NCBI GenBank assembly: GCA_964016885.1
Contig: OZ024741.1
Coordinates: 180,420,001-180,484,000, forward strand
Source of the DNA: Eledone cirrhosa
Taxonomy: Eukaryota
Direction: 5' to 3'
Length of the DNA stretch: 64,000 bases
Positions 43,686 through 57,112 of the stretch are shown in pieces (positions within the stretch are counted from its first letter, which is position 1; each line of letters opens with the position of its first letter). The position numbers and the translations under genes are program-made. Below the pieces are notes generated by a model. The model had not been told where the DNA came from. It did no database searches and was given only the letters and a program-made list of their open reading frames with translations.

Positions 43686-45055
43686 TACTATGGGTTCAAG
43701 CGATTCCGCCCAAATTACTGATCTTGTGGGCCTCTTTCTTCTTTTCAACATAAATGCTTCCTTTCCCCACCTTAAAGGTGGTTTATATCGTGATGACTGT
43801 CTTCTTCTTTCCAACAACCTTAGCCTTTCAGAAATAGAAAAAAACAAAAAGCATATTAGAACTTTCCTTAAAAACTATTATAGTCTTCATATTACTTTTG
43901 AAAACACAAGTAAAGTAGTTAATTTCCTAGATATAACTTTAGACTTAGCTACGGGTATCTACCAACCTTACCATAAACCCAACCAAAACTTACACTACAT
44001 ACACTCACAATCTAATCACCCTAAATCTATCCTTAAAAACCTTGCATATAATATATCACTTAGAATTTCTAACCTTTCGTCTAACCAAGATGTATTTGAT
44101 AAAAATGCGACCTTCTATAACGAAGCTCTAGATAGAAGTGGCCACAAAAATAGATTAGAATATATACCTTCTACTAAAAATACTATAAACATACAACCTA
44201 ATATTACCAACAAACACCAAATGAAAAGTACACACCTAAATGCCACCCACACTATACCCCAAAATACCAACAACTCCTCTAATATAAAGTATAGTAACTC
44301 TCAAAAAACTACTCATCATACAACTCTAATAAATGTTAATAATAAAACTCCTAATAAACAAGATAAAACACCTAAATCAATAAATCTAACTAAAAATGTG
44401 CGTGGTGAGGTCATTAACATTAATCCTCCTAGTAAACATCACGATACAACCTATAAAAATAATAAACAACATAGAAACCGTAATAGACGAGTTACTTGGT
44501 ATAATGCTCCATTTAATTTACAAATTAAGGATAATATTGCTAAAAAAATTTTTTATACCCTAGAGAAAAACTTCCCGCCAAACCACAAATACCATCAAAT
44601 CTTAAATAGGTCAACAGTTAAATTCTCATACTCAACAACCAAAAACATAAAACAAAATATAAGTGCCTATAATGCATATAAATGTAAAAATACCATAAGT
44701 ATACCACCAATACATCAAACTAACCATAATATCTCCTCAAATACAGAATTAACGAAAGGTTGTAACTGTAGAAACAAAGCAAACTGCCCATTAAAAGGAA
44801 ATTGTCTTGTTAACAACATAGTTTATAAATGTAATGTTAAAACTAAAGATTCTATTTGCTCATATATAGGAGCTACTTCTAACAATTTTAAGGTAAGGTT
44901 TAATACCCACAAACATAGTTTTAAAAATGCCGCACTGGCTAATACAACATCTCTAGCAGAAAAAATCAATAGTTATAGAAATAAGAATATAGAATATGAT
45001 ATGACCTGGAGTGTGCTCAAAAGAGCCACCCCTTATCAAAATAATAGAAAGGAAC
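43686..45055 (+). CDS. Naiad-type Penelope-like element fragment: RT C-terminal half + CxC linker + GIY-YIG
   Basis: MGSSDSAQITDLVGL, GLYRDD, VNFLDITLDL, SNHP, TWYNAPF, GCNCRNKANCPLKGNC, IVYKC...YIGAT..FK.R...H; truncated at both ends by TA arrays. Confidence 0.88.
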
Positions 45056-45116
45056 TGTTTCATTGTTTTATTCATTATTTTTTTAATACTTTATATATAT
45101 ATATATATATATATAT

Positions 45117-45332
45117 GAGAAAGTATGACCCCGACAGCAGAGCTCAAGCCGTTTCGACGGCTATTTCTGGACTAAAAAAAACTCTTACTTTAGTCCAGAA
45201 ATAGCCGTCGAAACAGCTTGAGCTCTGCCGTCGGGGTTATACTTTCTCCTATTACCCACTCTACTACCCTAAGTCTTGAGTACTCTGGTGTGTTATGGTC
45301 CATCTGGTTCCTTACCACAACTCCTTCGTTAT
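45117..45332 (+). mobile_element. Fold-back repeat: 60-bp hairpin arms (45117-45176 / 45189-45248) plus 84-bp extension; same family as 58355-59656
   Basis: Inverted arms seen directly; extension matches the reverse complement of 58355-58437. Confidence 0.85.
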
Positions 45333-45342
45333 ATATATATAT

Positions 45343-46310
45343 ATAATAATAATAATAATAATGAAATATTGTGTACAGTGTTCAGGTGCACTACAACTCA
45401 TCAAAAAGTGTATGTATAGTACATAGGATAATGTACAAACGTCAGGAAAATGAACAGTGCATGAGTCATGATATACACATGTGTGCATGTGTATGGAAGG
45501 GGTACATCAGGTGTAGTTTTGGCGTATTTCGGGAAGCATGATTGTTTTAAAGGATGCAGTGTCTCGGCAGCTAACAACTGACGCAGGCAGTTTGTTCCAT
45601 GCTTCAGCAACTCTGAGCATGAAAAAATGTTTCCGAAAGTCATGGGAGCTGTGCTGTTTTCTGATTTTGTAGGCATGTCCACGTGTGTTAGACACATGGA
45701 GATCAAAAAGGTGCTCAGGGTTGTTGTTGGCGAGATGGTTAATAACTTTGTGGGTGTTTACCAAGTCCATTGCCAGACGTCGGAGCTTCAATGAATCCAT
45801 GCCCAGGGAAGCAAGGCGTTCAGAGTATGGTAGGTGTCTGATGGAGGGTATGCGCTTGGTTGCACGTCTCTGAACAGTTTCCAGGCGGTCAATGTTCTGA
45901 GCAAGATAGGGGTTCCAGACTGATGATGTGAATTCCAAGTGTGGTCGTACCATAGCTGTATACAGTTTTAAATAGATGGCTGGAGAGCGGCTAACAAAGG
46001 TCTTGCTGAGTGATGCCAAGACACCCTCGGCCTTCTTGACAATTTTAGAGACATGCTTTGTCCAACGCAAATCGCTGCTGACAGTAATGCCCAGGTCACG
46101 TTCACAAGAGGACTTCTTGATATCAGTGTTGTGGAGGGAGTATGTGGACGCTGGATTTTTCCTCCCAAAATGCATGGTGGTACACTTGTCCACAGCCAGC
46201 TTCAGTTGCCAGCCTGTGATCCATTGCTGCATTGTGTCCAGGTCTGATTGTAGGAAAGAGTTGTAGATTTCAGGATCAGTCCTTTTGATTTCAAGGTACA
46301 GCTTGATGTC
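45343..46310 (-). mobile_element. CR1-clade LINE 3' fragment with (TAT)n tail
   Basis: LQSDLD, ERDLGI, VRPHLEF...VWNP, VQRRATK, TRGH, RVAEAWNKLP. Confidence 0.92.
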
Positions 46311-46872
46311 ATATATATATATATCCATGCTAGCATGGAAAATAAACGATGATGATGATATTTGTTTTTTATCCTGCAAAGGGCAGAAGAACTCACAAGA
46401 GTCAACCCCCCCCCCCCCCCCAATGTGTAAATATGTATATACATATATGCATGTGTATATTTGTATATATATGTATAAAAGTACACATATGTGCGGGGAC
46501 ATAGAAATAATCGGGCTGGATACCCAATCGCGTGGTTAAACCACTGGGAGTGAAGGACCTCTAGCCTTTGTCAGGGCATTCTTCTAGGAGAAGGCAACTC
46601 AGGAAACTGGGATAACTCCGATATAAAACCTGCGGCTCAGTAGTTACCGATAATATTGATCTTTTCTTCTTTTCAGGTTATAGCTACTGTCGCTCAGAGA
46701 GTGGGATTGGCTCAGTGCAAAAAAAATCTTCATGCACAGGCATTGAACAATAGCATTAATTAATAATTATTAATAATGTTATAGTGCGTAATGGCCATAC
46801 TCGATAATGGGGGCAGCCATCATATATATATATATGCTAGCGGGGAAAATGAATGTTAAATGATGATGATGA

Positions 46873-49638
46873 TCATCATCATCATCACCGTTTTACGTCC
46901 GTTCTTCCACGCTAGCATGGGTTAGATGGGTTGTCCTGTTGTGGGCAGTGTCTGGTCGGCTGACCATGCCTTGCTCATACAGGAACTGATTTGGCTTGAT
47001 TTCTACAGCTGGATGCCCTTCCTAACACCAACCTCATTTACAGTGAGTGCTGGGTGCTTTTTCGTGGCGCCTACACGTCCACTTTACAGTGTGGGCTGGG
47101 TGCTTTTTTGCTGTGGCACCTCTACGACCACCTTGCGGTGGGGGGTGTGGGGGCATATTGTCTATATGCTTCAGCTTGTACCCATGGGAGGTCGGGTACT
47201 CAGTATTACTGCGTAACGCCAGAGGTCACGGTCGTGTGTCATTGCCTTTGAGAGGTGTAATTGGGTAAGGTCGGCTTTTATCACCTCATCCCAGGTCATC
47301 TTGGGTCTCCCCACTCCGCGGTTTCCATCGACTTCTAGTGCTCTGCACCTTTTTATGCAGCTGTCATCCTTCATACGCATCACATGTCCATACCAGCGCA
47401 ACCACCTCTCCTGCACACAGCATTTGATTCCTCTTATGCTCAGTCTCTCTCTCAATTCATTTATGCTTTGTCGTTTACGTATATTACTGTTACACATCCA
47501 TCGGAGCATGCAGGCTTCGTTTCTCTCTAATCTATGTAAGTCTTCCACCTTCAGCGCCCAGGTCTCACTACCATGCAACATCGCTGTTTGGATACACGCA
47601 TCATACAATCTGCCTTTCATTCTGAGGGAGAAGCCTTTTGCAGCTAGCACTGGTAGTAGTTCCCTAAACTTCTTCCATCCCGTTCTTACCCTAGTTATTG
47701 TACTTTCTGAACACCTACCTCCGCTGCTAATTCGGTCACCTAGGTAGCAGAAGCTGTCTACTGTTTCTACAGAGCCCTCCTAGAGATTGGTGGTACTTGT
47801 TTCCTGTGGCTGTTTGCTGCTTGCTGTCCCAGCACAGCTGCTGCATGTGAAGCCTACATTCTTAATTAAGCTTCCTGAGATCCCGCTACATCTCTTGTGT
47901 ACCCATTGTTTGCATTTGGGGCAGAGAATGGAGTTCCTACCTACACTTTTCCTACATACTGAGCAAGGCCATTTCCCTGAGGGGATCTGGGTTCTGTTTT
48001 CTCGTCTACTTACAAGGACCTTAGTCTTTGTCATGTTGACTTTGAGACCCTTTCTTTCTAGTCCAAGTTTGGAATTTCTTCTCTAGTTCTACCATAGATT
48101 CAGCTATAAGTGCGAGGTCATCAGCATACAGGAGTTCCCATGGGCATCCGGTCTTAAACTCCTCCGTTATTGCCTGCAAAACTATGATGAACAGGAGGGG
48201 GCTAAGAACAGAGCCCCGGTGGACCCCAACCTGTATGCTAAATTCCTCGCTATACTCATTGCTAATCCTAACTTTGCTGACTACTCCCAAATACATGGCT
48301 TGTACCGCTTTCACAAGCCATTCATCTACTCCTAGTTTTCTAAGAGCCCACCAGATTACAGCATGTGGAACTCTGTCAAAGGCTTTCTCAAGGTCGACAA
48401 ATGCCAAGTAGAGTGGCTTACTTTTAGCTAGGTACTTTTCCTGTAACTGCCTGACAAGGAAGAGGGCATCAGTGGTGCCTCTTTCTGGTACAAACCCAAA
48501 TTACATCTTGTCTATTTTCACCCGGTCCCTAATCAACTGTGCTATAACTCTTTCTGTTACTTTCATGACCTGGTCCATCAGCTTTATACCTCTATAGTTT
48601 CCTCTATCGAGTGCATCACCTTTACCTTTGTAGCAGTTGACAATGATGCTACTGCACCAATCTTTTGGTATGACACCTTCTAGTATTACCTGGTTAACAA
48701 TACATGTGGTTATAGTGTGACCTACAGACCCAGATGCCTTCAGCATCTCGGCAGCTATACCCGATGGACTGGTTGCCTTCCCCATCTTCATATCTTTGAT
48801 TGCCTTATTTACTACGTTGCTGCTGACTTGTACTGCTGGCCCCTCTATAGGGTCTACTTGAGGTAGTGTCTCTTCTTCCCATGCATTCTCCTCATTTAGT
48901 AATCTATCATAATGACTCTTCCATGCATCTTTCTTCTCAGCACTTGTGAGGGCAAGCTCACCTTTATCATTCCGGATACACTTCTCTCCAATGACATCAC
49001 AACTCTCTCTGACACACTGCCTCGCAATCTTGAACACCTCCTGTTTCTGGTCCTCACGTTGCAAAACATGCTTGAATTTTCTATCCTCTACTTCCCTCCT
49101 AGCTAAGTATACTTGTCGCCTAGCTTCCCTCTTGGTCTCTATGTAATGTACCCTGCTCCCCCCGTTCTTCCATTCTTTCCATGCCTGTCTCTTGGCCTTA
49201 ACTGCCTCATCTACCTTATTGTTCCACCACCAAGTCACTCTCCTCCTGCTTGAGGTCTTACTCCAGCCACAGACCTCATCCGTCGCCTCTAGTAAATTAT
49301 TTTTTAGGAACTCCCAGTTCTCTTCTACATTGAATGTCTCTATCTGTTCTTCTTTACTGTCGTAGGCGTTGAGTAAAATATCTTTAAATCTGTTACTGGT
49401 TGAGGGGTCTTTCAGCTTCCAGATCTTTCTTCTCCAGGTTGGCCTCTGTTTCCAGGTTCGTCTAGTTCTGACTGTGAGGTCGCTGACAACTAAGCTATGT
49501 TGGGATGTACATTCCTCACTAGGGAAGGCTTTTGTGTTTACGACCGTCCATCTGTCACGTCCTCTGATGAGGATAAAATCTATCTGACTAGAGTGCTCCC
49601 CTGATCTATAGGTGATCAGGTGGTTGTCGGGTTTTTTT
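46873..49638 (-). mobile_element. RTE LINE family B, 5'-truncated, with nonsense codons and a small deletion
   Basis: Highly similar to 4835-7610; stops at ~48501 and ~47780, deletion near 48065. Confidence 0.97.
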
Positions 49639-50517
49639 TATGATGATATGTATATATATAATTACTCAGAAGTATAGATATGTTACTGATATATCCACAA
49701 AAGTACATAGTTTGACAAATATTATTTCTGCAATATGTTGATATGTTGTTGTTTTTTAAAGTAGTGATTTGGTTTCAGGCTGTTAAATACTGAGGCTGAC
49801 ACCCTCAGAAAATAAACCTGATTACACAACCTGTCAATGTATCTGACCAATTACTCTAAAAATAATCCTTATCATTCTTAAGATAAGTACCACATGTGTC
49901 AGTCTTGTACTTTAGGACATCATGTTTATAGTTTAACACTGAGAAAACCACATAACTGTGTGTTGTGTTGGAACTCTATTGGTGCTGATGATGATTGTTC
50001 CGAGTTGTTCAATCAACAGAACAGCTTGCTCATGAAATTAATCTGCATGTGGCTGAGCATTCCATAGAAACATAGACCCTTAATTTAGTTCTCAAGGAAA
50101 TTCAGAAGGACACACATGTGATAAGGCTACCTCATTGAATTACATGTCCAACTAATTTTTGATACCTGAGTAGACTGTTGCAACATAATCTGGCTCAATG
50201 ACACGTACTACTCTCATAAATCAAACTCACCACCTTACAGTTTTGTGCCAAATACCTTAATCACAATGCTATTTGGGCATTTATCAAGAATACTGGTCCG
50301 TATGGACATGCCAAGCATCCTATTTATATCTGTCTAGACTGCACCCCCAACAAATTAAATTAACATGTGTTTATGGTGCCCTCACATATCTCTAGCTGTC
50401 ACAGATGCCTGCTTCTTAGATATAGATTGTTATTAAAGTCTATAATCAGATACATTCCATCCATGACCATTCCATCATATTTTTCAGACAATGTATTTGG
50501 GTCTGCATTATCTAATG

Positions 50518-50845
50518 CAGAGGTTCTTAAAGTGGGTGCTACTGCCCACCGGAAGGTGTTGAGAAGGTCAGAGGGTGGGGGTGGGGGTGCCAAGGGGGTG
50601 TTAGAGATGATATAATAGTATATTGAATATCAAATAATACATATATATAAATATAGTAAAATAAAAAATATATAATATTTATTTATACATAGTATATTTA
50701 TTATATATAAATTAATGATTTTATTTATTATATATTATTTACAATTTGTGTGTAGGCAGGTCTCTCTGGAAATAGGGTTGGGGGTGTTTGAAGGTATTAC
50801 GTGGCTGTGAGGGGGACAGTAGCCCCAAACGTTTGGGAACCTCTG
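50518..50845. mobile_element. hAT (Charlie-like) MITE, 328 bp, 8-bp TSD ATCTAATG
   Basis: TIRs cagaggttcttaaa / tttgggaacctctg; atctaatg at 50510-50517 and 50846-50853. Confidence 0.9.
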
Positions 50846-51687
50846 ATCTAATGTCTCATTTGTTTTGTTTTTTTTCTTCATAAGACATGATTTAAGGAAG
50901 ATTTGGCTGCTATTTTTAACAAGTATATCAACTACCTAAAATCTCAATCATTAACTTTTATAAATGCAACAGCCTATTTAATGAAAACTGTATTGGGGTA
51001 TTGTTGTGGTTGTTTAGCCCCAGGCCAGCTTAATTCTAACCAAGAACATCAGTGATCAGGTATCCAACTGTGACCATCCTGTATTTTTATTAAACATATA
51101 GTATATACAACCATATTTACGAATGTGCTCTTTTAAGACAGTAGAATATCATGAGGGATATTTTGGTTGCTATTTCTAGCAAGTCAAGCAACCACATTGA
51201 TGCTTTCCTTGCTGATTCACATGCATAGTTAGTAGAAATTGTAGTATGTGGTATTATATTAACATATTTATGTTGTTCTCATATATCTGTGGGTGCCATA
51301 GATGGGTATGGTATGGAGGAGATTTGGCTGCTATTTCTAGCAAGTTAAGCTACCACATCGACACCACCATCTCTGATTCACATGCATGGTTAGTAGTAAT
51401 TGTAGTATGCGGTATTATAACAAAAATAACTTCTGAACCAGTCACGCTGTATACAGTTCTATTATATTATTCTTATATAATTGTCACAACTATTCAAGTT
51501 TTTTTTGTTACAGGAATGTTGTTTTTTCAGTCTCTAAGATTATGAATATAATATAACTGGTATGAGCTGTATTTAAAATTTAAACTATTTTATATATCAT
51601 GAAGTGTTTTTAGATATATTCATTAATTAATTGTTCTGTGAAAATTCATTATTTTTTATCTGTGTATGTGTGTATGTAGTGCTGGTT

Positions 51688-52000
51688 CATCATCATCATC
51701 ATCATCATCATCATTTTACGTCCGTTCTTCCACGCTAGCATGGGTTAGACGGGTTGTCCTGTTGTGGGCAGTGTCTGGTCGGCTGACCATGCCTTGCTCA
51801 TACAGGAACTGATTTGGCTTGATTTCTACAGCTGGATGCCCTTCCTAACACCAACCTCATTTACAGTGAGTGCTGGGGGCTTTTTTGTGGCGCCTACACG
51901 TCCACTTTACAGTGTGGGCTGGGTGCTTTTTTGCCGTGGCACCTCCACGACCACCTTGCGGTGGGGGCATATTGTCTATATGCTTCAGCTTGTACCCATG
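51688..52000 (-). mobile_element. RTE-B 3' UTR fragment
   Basis: Near-identical to 46873-47185. Confidence 0.92.
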
Positions 52001-53399
52001 TTCCATGATAAAATGCAACCAGTACAATCCGTAAAGTTGTTCCTATTAGGAAGGACGTCCAACCATAGAAAATATGCAAATGAAGAGTCATGAAGGCATT
52101 TAGTTGGGTGAAGGACATGACAACCTCTCTAGTGTTGGTGCCATGATAACAAATGCATCCAGTACATTTTATGAAATGGTTGGATACACACGGCACCTAC
52201 ATAGTTATCTATAGAAATAACTGAAAAAAAAAAAAGAAAGATGTTTTTAGGTTGTACTAGCAGAATGGCCTGGTGTTGCTCAGGATTTGCTCTAGGGCTC
52301 TTATATATTTGATATATATTTATCCTTATCGAGCCTCGTGAAATAAATACATTTGTTTATATTTTGTTATTGTGTATGCAAAACTATCTGTACACGAATA
52401 TATAATTATATATATATATATATTAAAATAACAGATTAAAGTTTAAGCAAATAATCGCTGCTTTCACCTTTAACGGGAGCTTCTGAAACTAAAAAAAATC
52501 AATCTGTGAACACAGAAGTAAATATTTCAAAAAACGTTACACACTATATATATATATACACACACACACTATATATACATATATATACACACACACACAC
52601 AGATAGCGATGTCGTAATGCAGACAGCTAGACATACAGACAGATATTATAAGGGCGCAACGTTATATCTATGTATCTATCTAAAAAGAAAGACTAAGAAT
52701 TATAGAGAGATACCGCTAAATCGCCTAATGCGGACCCTAGGGCATTGAAAATTTGAAATTTCTTTTTCTCAAAACACTCACAGGACCATAATTAATACAT
52801 GTGTAAAGTTTGAAAATAATCGGTTGGGTCGTTCCTGGGTTTTAGTGAGCTGACAGACAGACAGACATTCTCTGTTTTAGATATATAGATGATAAAGAAA
52901 AAGAAATCAGTTTCTTGTAATTTAGATCCAACCTTTATTTGAAGTAGAACATATTTAAGATTCCATGGTGATATCAAATATTTTTTGGACAGTGTATACA
53001 GTGTATATAGATAGGACTTACGATGTTATTGGTGGCAAGTTGAATCAGCTTTTGTCTTTCCCATTGATAGCATTGATGTTGTAGAGGTGGAGACTGACAT
53101 GCTTGGGTGACTGCTGGCCTTCTATAAAACACCCTGTTCTGCCAAACTGTATTAACCTTTGCTTTTTCTTTGGATAATGTGAGTGTGTGTGAATATAGTG
53201 AAAAATAGTATATGTATATATATATATGTCCTGAAGCTATAGTAGAAGATAGGCACCCAAGGTATGAACCTGAACTTGAAACCACATGGTTCTAAAGTAA
53301 ACCTCTTAACCACACAGCCATGTTTGTTTTACTATTTTAGGAAAAGGTGAAATAGATAAGATTTTTAATTCAACAAACAAACAATAAATATATTTTTTT

Positions 53400-53560
53400 G
53401 CGGGAGTGTTATGCTGCCAATTAAAACATACACTGGTTGAGTTTCACTCCAGTTTGATTAATCAAGTAATTAATCCATTACTCTGTTGGTTAATCAACTA
53501 ATTAACTAATTGTCAAAATCATTTCATCACAATCTGTGACTTTATTGATAACTCTTACCC
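53400..53560 (-). mobile_element. Degraded relative of the PLE pLTR at 16951
   Basis: gggagtgttatgctgccaat...tttcactccagtttgatt and tttcatcacaatctgtgac resemble the pLTR and its HHR stem II. Confidence 0.45.
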
Positions 53561-53904
53561 TCTGTGTCTCCTCTCAACAAATCCCAAGACTCTACTCACT
53601 GCTTCCTTTCATGCCAGTCACTGTTGTGACATCTGGTCTCCTAACTGCCATTTTCCTCTGTAAAATTGGGAGGAGTGGATCCCATCTGAGGAAGGAGCCC
53701 TGTTAGTTGGAGTGGCTAAGGTAGCAGGTGTCACTGTTCTCTGTGGTAATGCTATTGCCATCTTGTCCATGAGGTGCAGTTGAGCTTTAGACTGGGGTGT
53801 AGGGTCTGCAGCCCTTCTCCTTTCTTCTTACTTTAATTATTTAATTTGTACTTTTGTTTAAAATTGTAAACATTATATAATTTAATTAAAATTTGGATAT
53901 TCTT

Positions 53905-54381
53905 ATAGAAGAACACTCCTCTCAATTTCAGCAGGAAATAATTATTTTCCTTGGGTTTTTTGTGTGCTATCAACTAATCTGACCTCTAACATGCTTGTAA
54001 TCAACGTTTTTTCCCTGGAAAATGGAGGGGTGCTGGGTGAAAGAAAGACCTTTGCAGAAGGTTCGGAGGTCAGATTAGTTGATAGCACACAAAAAAAAAA
54101 TTAGGAAAAATAATTCCACCAAAGGTGAGAGGAGTGTAGATCTGCGAAACTCCAATGAGCTTTCTACCCTTTTTCCATCTCCTTTTCCTACAAAATAAGT
54201 CACTTCTGACTGGTTTGGAGGTCGTATTTGTTGATAACATGCAAAAAAAAAAAAATGGTGATCCATTTCCCCGAGTTAAAAAGTCGATTGCAAGCATGTT
54301 GGATGTCAGATTAGTTGATAGCACATGAAAAAACTGAGGAAAAAAAATTATTTCCACTGAAATCGAAAGGTGTGTTCTATA
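53905..54381. mobile_element. MITE-like element with ~110-bp imperfect inverted ends and internal sub-repeats
   Basis: gtgctatcaactaatctgac / gtcagattagttgatagcac, four copies in total. Confidence 0.6.
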
Positions 54382-54494
54382 AATTTATGAAAATTTGTTG
54401 AATAAAGATTTTCCTTTCCTCAACTTTAGTCCATCTTTTTTCTTTTGTATAGTGTGAGCATTTGCATGTGTTGCCTTTGTTTCCTTTGTTTCTT

Positions 54495-55360
54495 TTGGAT
54501 TGGCAATATCAGTAGAGCATCAAATAACATGCTTTGCAGCATATAGTTATGTCACTTTATGTTCTGAGTTCAAATCCCACCAAGGTTAGCTTTGCCTTTT
54601 ATCTTTACGGGGGTTGATAAAATAAAATACCAGTTAAGCACTGGGGTTGATTTAATCAACTTTCTGTTCCCCACTCCAAAAAAAATTGTTGTCTTTGTGC
54701 CTAAATCAAAAACCATTATTTCCATTATTACCAAAATAGTGGGTTGACAGTCATTAGAGCATCAGACACAAGCATGGCAGTATTTGTTGCTGCTTTTTAC
54801 ATCCTGAGTTCAAATTCTGCCAAAGTCAGCTTTGCTTTTCATCCTTCTGAAGTCGATAAAATAAAGTTTCACTCAAGTACTCGGATCGATATAATCTCCC
54901 TTTCCAAAATTTCTGGCCATATAAGAAATCATTCTTCTTGTCATCGCTGTTGTTGTTGTTATTATTATCATTAAGAGTGGTAGAGCATCGGACAACATGC
55001 TTAGTGGCATGTTGTCTTACATTCTGAGTTCAAATCCTGCCGAGATTAACTTTACCTTTCATCCTTACGGGGTTGATAAAATAAAGTACCAGTAATGCAC
55101 GGGGATAATTGCTAGCCTTGTGGCAAAATTAGACACAATTGTTATTTAATAATAATAATAACAATAATAATTGTGTCTACTTTTGACACAAGGCCAGCAA
55201 TTTGAAGGGGAAAGGAAAGTCGTTTAAATCAACCTTAATTTGTTATTGGTACTTTATTTTATCAAAACTGCAAGGATGAAAAGCAAAGCTAACAGTAAAG
55301 GGCCATAACTCTATGCTGCAAATCATTGTGTCCGACTCTCTAATGATACTGCCAAGCCAC
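54495..55360. mobile_element. Cluster of four Meta/MESC-like SINEs (three +, one -)
   Basis: gagttcaaatcc B box and gcctttcatcctt.cggggt.gataaaataaagtaccag domain; other copies at 61438-61645 (+) and 62425-62622 (-). Confidence 0.75.
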
Positions 55361-55404
55361 ATCATCATCATTATCATTAATTCCTGTTAAAAATCTTTCT
55401 GTAG

Positions 55405-55546
55405 GATTATGGGTCATTCATGGATCCAGTTGAAATACCAATTTGATCAAGTTGCTACAACACATGAAGAATTAAGTTCTGTGCTTTCTTCTCAAGTTGA
55501 GAAAATAAAGACAATGAATGAAATTCAAGATGAAAAGAAACGAAAG
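55405..55546 (+). CDS. PSTPIP1: Host gene exon (142 bp): IMGHSWIQLKYQFDQVATTHEELSSVLSSQVEKIKTMNEIQDEKKRK
   Basis: Acceptor atctttctgtag, donor gtgagt, phase 2/0. Helical F-BAR segment with the conserved W...H pattern. Confidence 0.85.
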
Positions 55547-56334
55547 GTGAGTTTAACATCTTTTTCTTTAACTGTTTCATGTTTCATCAAGGAGAGAAGG
55601 GCAGTGCCTATGACCCAAATGCTTGTGACAGAGTGGATGCTGCTAATGACACTAAAGTGATAGGCTAAATTTGGTAAAGAATCGAGTCTACCACTCTGGT
55701 AGGGAACAGCAGAATTTGAACTAAGAATGCTAAGCTCTGGAACAAATAGATCAAGGCATCTCATTTGATGCTCTATCATTTCCATTAATCCTCTCTCCTA
55801 TGCTCTTCATTGTTGAACTAAGGAACTTTCTTTTATTTGAGCCAGCACCTAACTGACTGATGTGGAGCCAGTCGTCAACACATTTCAGCTTCTTATCCAT
55901 AGATATATTGTCACAGGCTGGCACCCAACTGACATTTACATGACATTACTCATCAGCACAAATCTGCCTCTGGCCCATAGATGTACTGATCACATACCAC
56001 TTCCACCCAGGCCTACCAGGCTCACTTGCCTTTCCAATCTGGACTCTGCATTAACCATTTTGCCTAATCTTTCCTTCTCAGAAGGTCAACTCTTTAGAAT
56101 TCCATCATCCCTACCCATGTTTTTATTTAGCAGTCAATGAACTGTAGTTGTTTATATCAAGAACATAAATACTGTTGATCTTACTAGTCTTAAAGAACCT
56201 GCTAAGTCCACTGTACGGAGGTCAAGCCCATTTGTACATGATCTCTTCCTCCCGATCAAATGAACATCAACAATAACAAAAACAGCAACAGTAACAATTG
56301 TTTTAAGGCTATTTTCCCTGATGAAACATGAATT

Positions 56335-57061
56335 AGCTTTCTGGAGCCCCATGATAGGTTTCATACTCATCATGAAGTGATTTTGAGGTAGTTATTTACA
56401 GCCAGATGTCGATCTTGGCACCAACTCTTTTAGTCACTTCATACAACACATGTATAGGGTGTGCCTATTTTAAACTTGATACACACTTCCATGCCAAATG
56501 ATTGAAAAAAAAACAAAAACAAATATTGATTAGACTATAAGTTTCTCATGAATTAAGTTCAGTTCTATTTCACTTATGAGTGCCTTTGGAAAATGTATGA
56601 ATGTTGTCACATCAACATTCCCCCATCTTTTATCTCAAGTCAGTAGAACTGGATATGTGTGGTGTGGTGGTGGTGGTGGTGGTGGTGGTGGTAGTGGAAA
56701 CAGTAATTATTGCAACAATTATATTGCTGTTGTTTAGCCCTGTGTCAGAAAAGGGAGTACAATGACCATGACCTTTTTATATGTCAAGATCAATACCATA
56801 TTTATATATGGACTAAGTAGGCTACTGTAGCCTACTGTAGATTCATGAGAAACTTATAGTCTAATCAATATTTGTTTTTTTGTTTTTTTCAATCATTTGG
56901 CATGGAAGTGTGTATCAAGTTTAAAATAGGCACACCCTATACATGTGTGTTGTATGAAGTGACTAAAAGAGTTGGTGCCAAGATCGACATCTGGCTGTAA
57001 ATAACTACCTCAAAATCACTTCATGATGAGTATGAAACCTATCATGGGGCTCCAGAAAGCT
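56335..57061. repeat. Near-perfect ~218-bp inverted repeat (56335-56552 / 56841-57061), 288-bp spacer
   Basis: Differences confined to short-repeat length changes. Confidence 0.95.
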
Positions 57062-57112
57062 CCATCCCAATTTAATGTATGTTCAAATTTATGTCAAAAT
57101 CAACAGTTCTCC

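Noticed and set aside
45056-45204. C-terminal extension of the 504-aa PLE ORF
   Set aside because: Reads through a TA tract into an unrelated fold-back repeat; not part of the protein.
55547-55660. Continuation of ORF 55409-55660 past KKRK
   Set aside because: Strong gtgagt donor at 55547; the downstream part is intron.
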